Of a stretch of DNA of 42,971 bases, positions 25,847-34,900 are shown piece by piece; the stretch's first letter is position 1, and each line of letters starts with the position of its first letter. The stretch comes from a virus: positions 1 through 42,971 of the IMG/VR virus record IMGVR_UViG_3300030397_000229. One strand, given 5' to 3'. The translations under genes and the position numbers were made by a program. The notes below the pieces were generated by a model, which was given only the letters and a program-made list of their open reading frames with translations, made no database searches and was not told the DNA's origin.

Positions 25847-26940
25847 TGGCAACTACTAGCGACGCAAGGGGCTTCCCCACACTAGAGGATCATACAGACT
25901 CGATCCTCAGGGACCATGTTGTCCCCAATTGTGGCGCTGCATACTACTGGAGGCCTAGAAGTGTAAGGGACCGTGCTGCTACCCTAGATGAAACCATGCA
26001 TATGGTGGACATAGCCCTGAGGAACTATGAGAACTCATACTGCGTGAACACAGAGGATTCATCTCTTATCTGGATGCCCTATCTATTCCAGAAGCCCAAG
26101 GTAGGAGATAGAATACACAATAAAAACACTGATGAGATATATACTATAGACAATGTATATATCAATCCTATCACTAAGAAGTGGGAAGGTATCATCAGAC
26201 TCAACGCCATCAACCCACCTGACAAGACCCTAGCTAGTGAGAAGATACAGTTCATCAGTAGGGACAACTATGTTAGATTCACAGCAGAGAACCCTAAGTC
26301 TCTAGAGACAGAGGATGCTACACGTGATGGTATAATGATAGATGCTCCACCCATGAGGCCTACTATAGTACATGCCCTCATACGTAAGGAGCCTGGGTCA
26401 ATAGACAGACAGCCATTTGGCCCAAGAAAACAGCACACCAGGCGCACGATTGAATACCTACACTCGAATCATTATCCGGGTAGCAGTATTGACATGCGTG
26501 GGCAGTGGTTAGACCATATAGTCCAATTCGACTGTTGGTCAAGTGATAACTTCTCAGCCGACAAACTGGCCGATTGGTTTGAGACGTTTATGAAGCTTTA
26601 TAGAGGAATTCTGCGACTGAACGGAGTCTCTGAGATATTGTTCTTTCAACGTCAAAGAGATGCAGCAGTTACGAAGTGGCGTAATGACGTCGAGAGTAGA
26701 GCGCTGCAGTATTTTGTCAGAACAGAAGACGTAGAAGCTGTGGTCGTTAAGGATATAGTAGATCTTGATATTCAGATAGCTCTGACTGGAGAGGGTACTT
26801 ATACTTACGACAATGAGAGATTTATTGCAGGTCAAGCAGTCTCTGGCCAATTGACTGTTGATCAGTATAAAGCTCTATTCCAAAATTCTAGTGGAACTTA
26901 CATGTTCGGTGATCTGGTCATTAATGATCAGAGCATATAA
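25846..26940 (+). CDS. Probable tail completion/terminator protein
   Basis: Immediately before the sheath; IVQFDCWSSDNFSADKLADWFE strand-helix pattern typical of tail terminators. Confidence 0.6.
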   Translation: MATTSDARGFPTLEDHTDSILRDHVVPNCGAAYYWRPRSVRDRAATLDETMHMVDIALRNYENSYCVNTEDSSLIWMPYLFQKPKVGDRIHNKNTDEIYTIDNVYINPITKKWEGIIRLNAINPPDKTLASEKIQFISRDNYVRFTAENPKSLETEDATRDGIMIDAPPMRPTIVHALIRKEPGSIDRQPFGPRKQHTRRTIEYLHSNHYPGSSIDMRGQWLDHIVQFDCWSSDNFSADKLADWFETFMKLYRGILRLNGVSEILFFQRQRDAAVTKWRNDVESRALQYFVRTEDVEAVVVKDIVDLDIQIALTGEGTYTYDNERFIAGQAVSGQLTVDQYKALFQNSSGTYMFGDLVINDQSI

Positions 26941-26957
26941 TCTTTAGGAGGTAAGCA

Positions 26958-28493
26958 ATGGCGTTTCCCCATCTTCCAGGCTTCAATGTAGTGTTGAATG
27001 ATCTGGGTCTAAGGGTCTCACCGCAGCCTGCTGGGCCTAAGGTTACTCTTCTTGGCATTACGTCCAGTGAAGACATAACCCCGAATGAACCCTTTATTGT
27101 AACCAACGTAGGGAAGGCAGCCGCTGCGCTGTACTTCTCAGGCGCTGAGGGTACCAAGTCGTACCCAGGTGAGCTGTCGTTGGCCATTGAGGAGGCATTC
27201 TTAGCCGGTGCAGGTGCTGTTGAGGTTGTCGTCACTGCTACAGGTATCGTGGACACTCGTCTGGACTCGTACCTTGATCCCGCTGATGTGAATGGTCAAA
27301 GAGACCGCTATGGCGATCTCATTGCCACATATGATGCGATCAAGGACACGCAGCTAGATGTTGTTGTTCCCGTTGGTGCCTGGGCTGACGCAACCGGTGT
27401 GACCGGTGGGTTCATGAATCAGCTTGCTAACTTCTGCTACCAAGCCACGACAGAATTCAATAACGCCTGTTTCGGTGTTATTGGTATGATGCCGGTCCTT
27501 CATTGGGCCAAGGCTTGGAGCGGTGAGCTAGCTCTGGGCAACACTGCCCTAGCCTCAGAGGTTGATGGTCTTACGGGCCAAGACTTCTGGCGATTCGCAA
27601 CCCCATCACTCGCCCTTGTCAACGAATGGCAAAAGTATGCTGTTCAGCAGAACACTCCCGTAGTTGCCACAAGTAACGCAGATTTCCCAACAGTCTTCGA
27701 TAATTATCTAGACGGCTCTGAAGATACCGGTGGTGTCTTCTATCCGCAGAACGATGAGAACGAAGCTACTGATGTGAATGCCAGTTACTTCAGCTCATGG
27801 AGAGCGCAATCTACTGACGGTGTGCTGCAAACTGATGGCAAAGGCAACCTAGTCGACGTAGGTGCCCGTCTCTGTGTAGTCGGCGGTCCAGTCCAAACTA
27901 CTAACTCGCAAATCCGTAGCCTTGCCGCGGGTGTTGGTGGTTCACTGGCTGCTAGTGTCTACAACACTGATGGTGCTGCATCATACGCAGGCTTCATAAC
28001 TTCCCTCCAGCCACACTCTGCTACCACAAACAAGGTTATCCGTGGTACCACAACTCAGAGAACTCTGTCCTCGACACAGGTCAATGAGCTTGTTGGTAGA
28101 CGTATTACCACCTTCGTCAACAGACCGAGGGGCTTCGTGGTTGCTAGTGGTGTAACTGGAGCGCATAACGTAAGCAAGTTCGTCCGTTCTGACTTCGTCA
28201 GACTCTCAACGGTAAGAGTTGTTGACGCTGCAATTGGTCTCATTAGAGAACTTGGTGAGAGATTTATTGGTGAGCCTAACACGGCTGCCCATAGAAACGC
28301 TCTCGGCGCTGAGATAGACAAAGCTCTAACTCAGATGAAGCAAGCCAATGCTCTTAATGACTTCCAGTTCTTCGTTAAGTCAACTAATGCCCAGCAGGTC
28401 CTTGGTGAAGTAGATATCGAACTTACTCTTGTCCCGGCCTTCGAGACGTTGAAGATCACGACTAACGTCTCTCTAGCCTCTGAGATTCTATAA
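26958..28493 (+). CDS. Contractile tail sheath protein
   Basis: N-terminal LPGFNVV; C-terminal sheath domain (RLSTVRVVD..FIGEPN...GEVDIELTLVPAFETLKI); strong SD. Confidence 0.93.
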   Translation: MAFPHLPGFNVVLNDLGLRVSPQPAGPKVTLLGITSSEDITPNEPFIVTNVGKAAAALYFSGAEGTKSYPGELSLAIEEAFLAGAGAVEVVVTATGIVDTRLDSYLDPADVNGQRDRYGDLIATYDAIKDTQLDVVVPVGAWADATGVTGGFMNQLANFCYQATTEFNNACFGVIGMMPVLHWAKAWSGELALGNTALASEVDGLTGQDFWRFATPSLALVNEWQKYAVQQNTPVVATSNADFPTVFDNYLDGSEDTGGVFYPQNDENEATDVNASYFSSWRAQSTDGVLQTDGKGNLVDVGARLCVVGGPVQTTNSQIRSLAAGVGGSLAASVYNTDGAASYAGFITSLQPHSATTNKVIRGTTTQRTLSSTQVNELVGRRITTFVNRPRGFVVASGVTGAHNVSKFVRSDFVRLSTVRVVDAAIGLIRELGERFIGEPNTAAHRNALGAEIDKALTQMKQANALNDFQFFVKSTNAQQVLGEVDIELTLVPAFETLKITTNVSLASEIL

Positions 28494-28504
28494 GGAGGTA
28501 AGCT

Positions 28505-29164
28505 ATGCCCGGCACAACTACTGACAGTTTTGTAAGGACATACAATTCATTCTCTGGTGTTGATATGCTCGTCACCTTTGGGGGTACCCTCATTGGCGAA
28601 CTTCAAGGTATATCCTACACTGTCCAAAGAGAAAAGGCCCCAGTCTATACCATGGGTAGTGCAGATCCTCGCTCCTTCTCAAGAGGTAAGCGTGGTATCG
28701 CCGGTTCACTAATCTTCATGGTCTTTGACCGGTCAGCCTTGCTTGAGGCCTTCCGGGACATACCGTTCCTGATTGGTAAGACCGAGCGTCACTTTGGTAT
28801 CCTCACTGATGTCACGATCCCCGAGATCGAGATCTCTGGTGTTGATGCCTCGACTATCGGCTCTAACTCACCAAGAACGGTGACCTTGGATAAGGTTCTA
28901 GCCAGACCTTTGTACCATGACCAGATCCTGCCGTTCGAAGTGGTTATCACTGCTGCGAACGAGTATGGTGCATTCGCAACCATGAGGGTCCACGGTGTTG
29001 AGATCCTGAACTGCGGTTCAGGTATGAGCATCGATGACATCACCACAGATGAAGCCTGTACATTCATTGCACGGGCTGTCACTCCCTGGAGCAACCAGGG
29101 TCTTGTGGTTACCTCGGTTACGTCTGCTGCTGGCCTTGATACTCAAGTCGGCAACTTTACTTAA
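28505..29164 (+). CDS. Tail tube protein
   Basis: Follows the sheath with an identical RBS; SFSGVD..GELQGISY..REKAPVYTMG..RGKRGIAGSLIF tube-fold pattern. Confidence 0.85.
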   Translation: MPGTTTDSFVRTYNSFSGVDMLVTFGGTLIGELQGISYTVQREKAPVYTMGSADPRSFSRGKRGIAGSLIFMVFDRSALLEAFRDIPFLIGKTERHFGILTDVTIPEIEISGVDASTIGSNSPRTVTLDKVLARPLYHDQILPFEVVITAANEYGAFATMRVHGVEILNCGSGMSIDDITTDEACTFIARAVTPWSNQGLVVTSVTSAAGLDTQVGNFT

Positions 29165-29174
29165 TCTTGGCTTA

Positions 29175-29201
29175 GGGGGAGGTGATGCAAGCGCCTCCCC
29201 C
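29175..29201 (+). terminator. GC-rich hairpin after the tail tube gene
   Basis: GGGGGAGGTG-7 nt-CGCCTCCCCC, 10-bp stem with one G-U pair; no U-tract. Confidence 0.65.
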
Positions 29202-29209
29202 GACCTATC

Positions 29210-29992
29210 ATGGTTAATATAGAGAAGACCTTTAATAGTCAGCAGTCGCTGATCCAGAGCTACTCAGGCACAGATATCAGTGTCCTGTTTAGTATGCCCC
29301 CGTTCTTCTCTATAGGTAATAAGCTGCCACGTAAACTCAGCGCAGAGATACACACGCTGACTATATCTTCGGCAGCCTCTCTCCTTCCTGTGAGAGCTGT
29401 AGGTGAAGCCAAAGCCAGGGCCTACACTAAGGGTGCCCGCACCTTTGCTGGTACCATGATATTCACTGTCCTAGATAAGGACCCCTTCCAGGAGATCTTT
29501 GCCCTGGATGCATTAAATGGGTCAACCCTACAGGACGGACTATGGCACATAGATCAGATGCCACCATTCGATGCTGTAATAACTGCATCTAACGAGGCTG
29601 GACTATCTGCTGTGCAATTAATTTCGAACATTGTGTTCAGCAACTGGGGTACAACATATTCAGTAGATGATATGTATACTGAGTCCACGTACACCTATAT
29701 GGCTGAGCATGTCTCCCCTCTGATTAGGAATCCCACGGCTGATTCCTTCGCACAGGCTCTCAGATCGCTTGTGTCGAGACCTAGGACTCCAGACGACATC
29801 ACCCTCGAAGTTCTGGCAGAACGCGCTGGAGGGCCGTACGCAGGCTCTCAGAGCTTCTCTAGTTCTGATGGTCAGGGATCATCTCAAGAATTCAGTGAGC
29901 AGCTAGGCCCAAACCAGATATGGCTGATGGGTGCTCTCAATGATCCTGTACTACTCAACAGCTTGACAGAGGACTTATTCGGTGGTATTTAG
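29210..29992 (+). CDS. Tube-fold paralog (tube initiator / baseplate hub-like)
   Basis: SYSGTD..TKGARTFAGTMIF..DQMPPFD..ASNEAG..SVDD aligns by eye with the tube protein. Confidence 0.75.
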   Translation: MVNIEKTFNSQQSLIQSYSGTDISVLFSMPPFFSIGNKLPRKLSAEIHTLTISSAASLLPVRAVGEAKARAYTKGARTFAGTMIFTVLDKDPFQEIFALDALNGSTLQDGLWHIDQMPPFDAVITASNEAGLSAVQLISNIVFSNWGTTYSVDDMYTESTYTYMAEHVSPLIRNPTADSFAQALRSLVSRPRTPDDITLEVLAERAGGPYAGSQSFSSSDGQGSSQEFSEQLGPNQIWLMGALNDPVLLNSLTEDLFGGI

Positions 29993-30722
29993 GAATAGAT
30001 TTTACCCGACTCCCTCTACTACCCAGTATTATATTGGGGGTATACTCATAGATGATGTCTACAGAGTTGACTTTCAGCGTAGGGTCAACAGACAGCCGAT
30101 CTATGGGTATGACGATAGACTATATGGCTTCGTGGCTGAGGGTAAAGAGCTGGTTAGTGGCAATATAATCATTAATTACAGATACCCCGGCTACCTAAAG
30201 AATGTAGTGCTCCGGTCTATAGCTGATACTCAGGCTTCTAAAGACTTTATATCTAAGAACTTAGGAGAGGAGAGAGGCCTAGTATCTCAGGAGTCTATAG
30301 ATCTGACCATCAAGGAGATGGAAGAGGTGCTGACTGTAGCTGAGAAGATGGAGATACTGGCCAATAGATTGATAGAGGCCGGTGCTCTTACCAATCAACA
30401 GCTAGTAGACAGACTGAAGAGGACCTTTGAAGACAGGTTTGCTCAGGGTCCAGACCCAGATGCCGTACGTGCATTCGGTAGCCTAGAGAGCCCTGTATCA
30501 GAGGGCGTGGCTATGTTTGATCTAACAGTCAAGTACGGGTTTCAGAAAGCGGAAACAACATACACTAGAGTATTCAAGGACGTGGTCCTGGTAGGTGAGT
30601 CGCAGACAGTATCTGCCGCAGCTGGTGCCGGAGGAGACTTTAGCTCCAGTGCTCAGAACCTACTAGAGATATACCCGTTCTTTGCCAAGACGATAATTGT
30701 CGACAACCCTAAGGATAGATAG
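29982..30722 (+). CDS. Second tube-fold paralog (baseplate hub-like)
   Basis: IGGILIDDV..RQPIYGY..GKELVSGNIIIN matches the same pattern; contains a helical insertion. Confidence 0.7.
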   Translation: MVFRNRFYPTPSTTQYYIGGILIDDVYRVDFQRRVNRQPIYGYDDRLYGFVAEGKELVSGNIIINYRYPGYLKNVVLRSIADTQASKDFISKNLGEERGLVSQESIDLTIKEMEEVLTVAEKMEILANRLIEAGALTNQQLVDRLKRTFEDRFAQGPDPDAVRAFGSLESPVSEGVAMFDLTVKYGFQKAETTYTRVFKDVVLVGESQTVSAAAGAGGDFSSSAQNLLEIYPFFAKTIIVDNPKDR

Positions 30723-30724
30723 AT

Positions 30725-31099
30725 ATGAGTACTAATATAGCAAGTCCCCCAGAAATTAGCAAAGCAGCCGGAGATGCAGCTGCCAAAGCTAAGGAGGCGG
30801 GATTTGCACCCATATACACTAAGATAGCAGGACAGGAGTATGTCTATAGAGCAGTGACTCGTAAGGAATGGCGTGAGATACTGGCTGCTCGTAATGCAAA
30901 ACTTATTGCTGCTGGTGAGGACCTGGCCGCACAGTCAGTCATTCAGGAGGATGAGATGGAGGGGCTAGTGGCTATGACCCTGCTCTACCCAACGTTCAAC
31001 CCTGATACTATACCAGCTGGTACTGTCCAATCACTATCTGACTCTGTGTTAATGGAGTCTGGTTTTGCTGGTCCTGACATGGAGGCAGTGAGACTGTAA
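30725..31099 (+). CDS. Probable tail assembly chaperone
   Basis: Between tube and tape-measure genes; YVYRAVTRKEW...LYP...IPAGTVQSLSDSVL..SGF. Confidence 0.7.
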   Translation: MSTNIASPPEISKAAGDAAAKAKEAGFAPIYTKIAGQEYVYRAVTRKEWREILAARNAKLIAAGEDLAAQSVIQEDEMEGLVAMTLLYPTFNPDTIPAGTVQSLSDSVLMESGFAGPDMEAVRL

Positions 31100-31398
31100 T
31101 GAACGCCAGAGAAGAAGTAGACAGCCTATACGTTACTATAGATAACGCCACTGAAAGGCTGTCAGAGATACGAGAGAAATGTACCCACCCTGAGATGACT
31201 ATAGGATACTTCCAATGGGCACCAGGCCATATACAGGTTAAGATGCTATGTGATATATGCGACCAGCCTGTGCGTGACCCAACGGACCTTGAGAGATCGG
31301 AGTTTGACGATGTCCTTAATCCGCATGCCGACCTTGGTATACAAAAGGTAGAGTTCGTTGATGAACAGGGAAACCCTAGCGAGATTCAGTCAACTTAA
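31099..31398 (+). CDS. Small Cys/His protein (99 aa) between the chaperone genes
   Basis: CTHP and CDIC motifs; TAATG coupling. Confidence 0.6.
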   Translation: MNAREEVDSLYVTIDNATERLSEIREKCTHPEMTIGYFQWAPGHIQVKMLCDICDQPVRDPTDLERSEFDDVLNPHADLGIQKVEFVDEQGNPSEIQST

Positions 31399-31987
31399 GG
31401 TAGAAGGGCACAAGCTTCTATACCTGATCAAGCATGGGGGCCTAGAGTTAATCTTTAGGCCCCTTACTTTTTCTGAATACAAAACTATAGAAGAGCTCGA
31501 GGCTCATGTAGACCCAGTCATAGTCAACGACACTGTGGTCAGGGTAGCCGTAGAGTATTGCAGCAGGGGAATAGAATGGCTTATCAATGACTCTCCTGCT
31601 ATACTAGTTGATAAGGTTGCAGAGATAATAGTCAGCCAGTCTGCGTTCACTGACAAGAAGGTGTTCCTAGAGCTGCTAACAGAGGCTAGAAAGAAGTCTG
31701 AGAACCTAGAGAGTCTCATACAAATAGTCATACACAAGGCGTTCCCCTCTCTCACACCTGATGATGTAGAGGCTATGACTATATCAGAGCAGATGACACT
31801 GTTTGCCAAGGCTGAGCAGATCACAGGTGAGCGTGTAAACATAGAAGCTGGTGTTCAAACGAAGGAAGGCAAGCAGCCTATGATGCCACCTGTACCACCT
31901 GGCTTTGAGACTACAGATATAATGGGTCAGGAGAATGCTGACATGCCTGACTGGGACAAGATTAACAAGGGTGCTATAGCCTATTAA
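31358..31987 (+). CDS. Second tail assembly chaperone-like protein
   Basis: LIFRPLTFSEY...SPAILVDKVAEIIV.QSAF parallels 30725-31099, followed by an extra helical domain (TPDDVEAMTISEQ). True start is probably the ATG at 31361. Confidence 0.7.
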   Translation: MMNRETLARFSQLKVEGHKLLYLIKHGGLELIFRPLTFSEYKTIEELEAHVDPVIVNDTVVRVAVEYCSRGIEWLINDSPAILVDKVAEIIVSQSAFTDKKVFLELLTEARKKSENLESLIQIVIHKAFPSLTPDDVEAMTISEQMTLFAKAEQITGERVNIEAGVQTKEGKQPMMPPVPPGFETTDIMGQENADMPDWDKINKGAIAY

Positions 31988-34900
31988 TGCCTGACTTACC
32001 GGATAGACTACATGAGTTTGATGCTCAGCTAGCTAGAGAGCGTAGAGAGGATGCCTCTGATGCTGCCTGGCTAGGTGGTCTTATGGTGATAGGTGCCGGG
32101 GCCTATGCTCTTGGCAGGAAAGGCAAAGTCAATGTCTTTGCTGAGCTCCTAGACAAAGCAGGTAGGAGCGCCAGATTCTTAGGTCACCTTTCTAACAAAG
32201 GTGTACGTAGGCCAGTCTTCCAGCCTGAGACCAGTGACCTATTATATCAAGCCCTACGTATACCACGTGATGCTGGTGGTGAAGCACTACAGCGTGGTCT
32301 AGCTGGTGGGAGACTAGAGAATGTAGATCTGGTCAGGGATCTTGGTAATGCAATAGCTATCCTCCAGGACCCAAGGAATCACTCCAACGTCCAGGAGATG
32401 ACCAGGCTCTTTAGAGAGCACTTCAGAAACCTCCCAACTACCAGAGGAAGAGCCACACCCTCTGGCTTCCACCACGAACTACACCCCCTGACCTTTGATC
32501 AGGTACTAGAGAGAAGCAGTGACTGGATAGATACTGTCGCTTCCTCTGCAATGCCCACTAGGACTGCTGGTGGTAAGACCAAGCCTCTTAGCATTGGTAT
32601 TGTTGAGAAGGCCCTGGAGATGGAGTGGATCACCAGAGAGACAATAGTAGACTCCAATCTCTTTGTCTCTATGGGCAGAAAGCCTGGTAGGCTCATTGAC
32701 ACAAGGATACTCAGGCCGAGACAGCTCATGTCTCAGATATCTGATATCTTTGATCCCTTTGGTATAGTCAATGCATCTAAGGCTCTCTTTGGTTCTGCTC
32801 AGAATGTAGCTGTTATAGGTCCTGCCAGAGGTGGGAAAGGCAGAAGATTGTTCCTGGGTGGAGATGTATATGACATCTTCGATCGTGGACTCAAGAAGAC
32901 CCACACTGGTCAGACCCTAGGTACTGTTGGTGATATACGACATCTTCCTGCTGCTCTGCGTGAAGCACAGTTTGATAGGAAACTGCGTGATCTATACCAC
33001 GAAGTACCTCACGACACTCTCTTAGGTAGACTAGCTGACAAGACAGGCGTGGGTCGTAGGTTCCACGACAAGCGCGGTATAGGCTTTGCATGGGCAGCTA
33101 ACGTACTCAAGAGGGTTAGAGGCGTAGGCTCAGGTGAGGCTGTCTTCTTTGCCAGGGACTTTAAGTACAAAGAGAACAGTGTTCTAGGTCTGCTCCTGGG
33201 TGCACAGCATCCAGAGGTTGTAGCTAAGGCTGCCACTAGAGAGATCGTAGAGGGTAAGTACGCTGGCAAGGCATTCATGGAGGCTAAAGACCTGCCCTGG
33301 TGGGATAGAGTCAAGGCCTACATGGGTATCAGTGATGATATCACTGTAGTTAAGTCAGAGGCTCGTAAGAAAGCACGTATATCTAAGGACGACCTATACG
33401 CTGACTATGGCAAGGGTGGTATCAAGTCTATTGAAACACCTATCAGAACCAGAGCTGAAGCAGAAGGTGCTACAGGTGTGTCCCTCATGGGACAGCTGGA
33501 CTTCACAGAACGGAGCCCCTTCTACACTACCAGTGGCTTCCTCGCAGACAAAGCATATGATTTTGCCAACTACCTAACCATACGTCTGAATTCACTGGCC
33601 AGTAGCTCCCTACTAGGTATAGGTTTTAGGCCATCAGGCAACGCAGCAGCGAACGTAGGTAGGCTCGCATCTATCCCAGCCATATACTATACTGCCTTTG
33701 AAGGCCTAAGATACACAGACTATGTGATGGAGGAGGCTACGGGCATCAGCCCCATAGAGTCTGCTGCCACTCTGTACACTAAAGCACGTGTAGCACAGCA
33801 ACAGGCGAGAGAGTTCACGGGTATTCAGCAGACAGCTGAGTACGCAGAGGAGAATATATTCCCAGGTCTATCTGTGGGCTTCCTAGGTACAGTAGCCTCA
33901 GCCACTTTAGGCCTAGCACTCCTGGGCAAGACAGGCTCTCGTAAGATAGCAGGGTTAGGCTTTGCCTCTATCTATGGTGCCATAGGTGGTCCTGAGGTGT
34001 CACAGCCAGCTGAGGAACTAGAAGAGATATACGCAGGGGATAGAAAGGTGCCTATCAAGAAGGCTAGATGGTGGCTCCTAGGCTATCAGCCCTTCTCTGG
34101 TGAAGAAATAGACCACTACTCACCTAGCTGGTACCAGAAACTCAAGAATAAACCATGGCAACGTAATGTTGCAGGAAGCGAGGCAGCTTACTGGAGGGAC
34201 GCATCCTTCCTTCCCACGCCTCATAACTTCTTTGGTGTTAGGATGCTGGTGGACCCCTACGCCTTGGAAAGGAGCCAATACCACAGGCGGCCCTATCCCA
34301 TGACATCTGCTATGTTTGAAGAGGTACCTATCATAGGTCCTATACTAGCAGATACTGTCGGGGAGATTATTAAGCCTAGACGTGAGCGGATGCCAGATGA
34401 GGCAGTGGCTACAGCCACCTCATTTATCAGCCAGAAAGGCGTTCCAGCTGATGCAGCCCAGCGTCTAGGTATTCCCGACATACCAGGTCAGCTCATAGAT
34501 ATGAACAGGCCTGATATATTAAGGGACAGACTACAGAAGTACGCCAACGTTGCGCTAGAGCCCACGGGTATCTGGAAGTTTGCACTGGAGACATTCGGTG
34601 TTAAGTTTGATGATGAGTACAAGATGGCTGATGCTGGCAACATGGCTAGCATATCTAGGCAGTTCTATGGTGCTAACCTAGGCGGTCTATTTGGTCAGAC
34701 TGAATTCATTAGACGATTCTTGATGTCTGACTATGGGTCACCTAGCCAGATGAATGCTCAGATCAACCCACTAGCCAATAGCCTGCCTAGCTGGCTGCCT
34801 GGCTCACGTAGTCAGTTCGAGAATGACCGTGACTTCTTTGTAGACTTCACTAGAGGTGATGCATATACCAAGATCAGTGGTGGTGAGTACAGACTGCCAG

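Noticed and set aside
31050-31110. Programmed -1 frameshift at the end of the first tail chaperone
   Set aside because: The closest word, GGTTTTG, is not an X-XXY-YYZ slippery heptamer in frame, and the junction is an ordinary TAATG overlap.
26958-31987. Bacterial tailocin or extracellular contractile injection system
   Set aside because: Terminase, portal, protease and capsid genes are in the same operon, so this is a DNA-packaging phage. No integrase or host genes are in the window.
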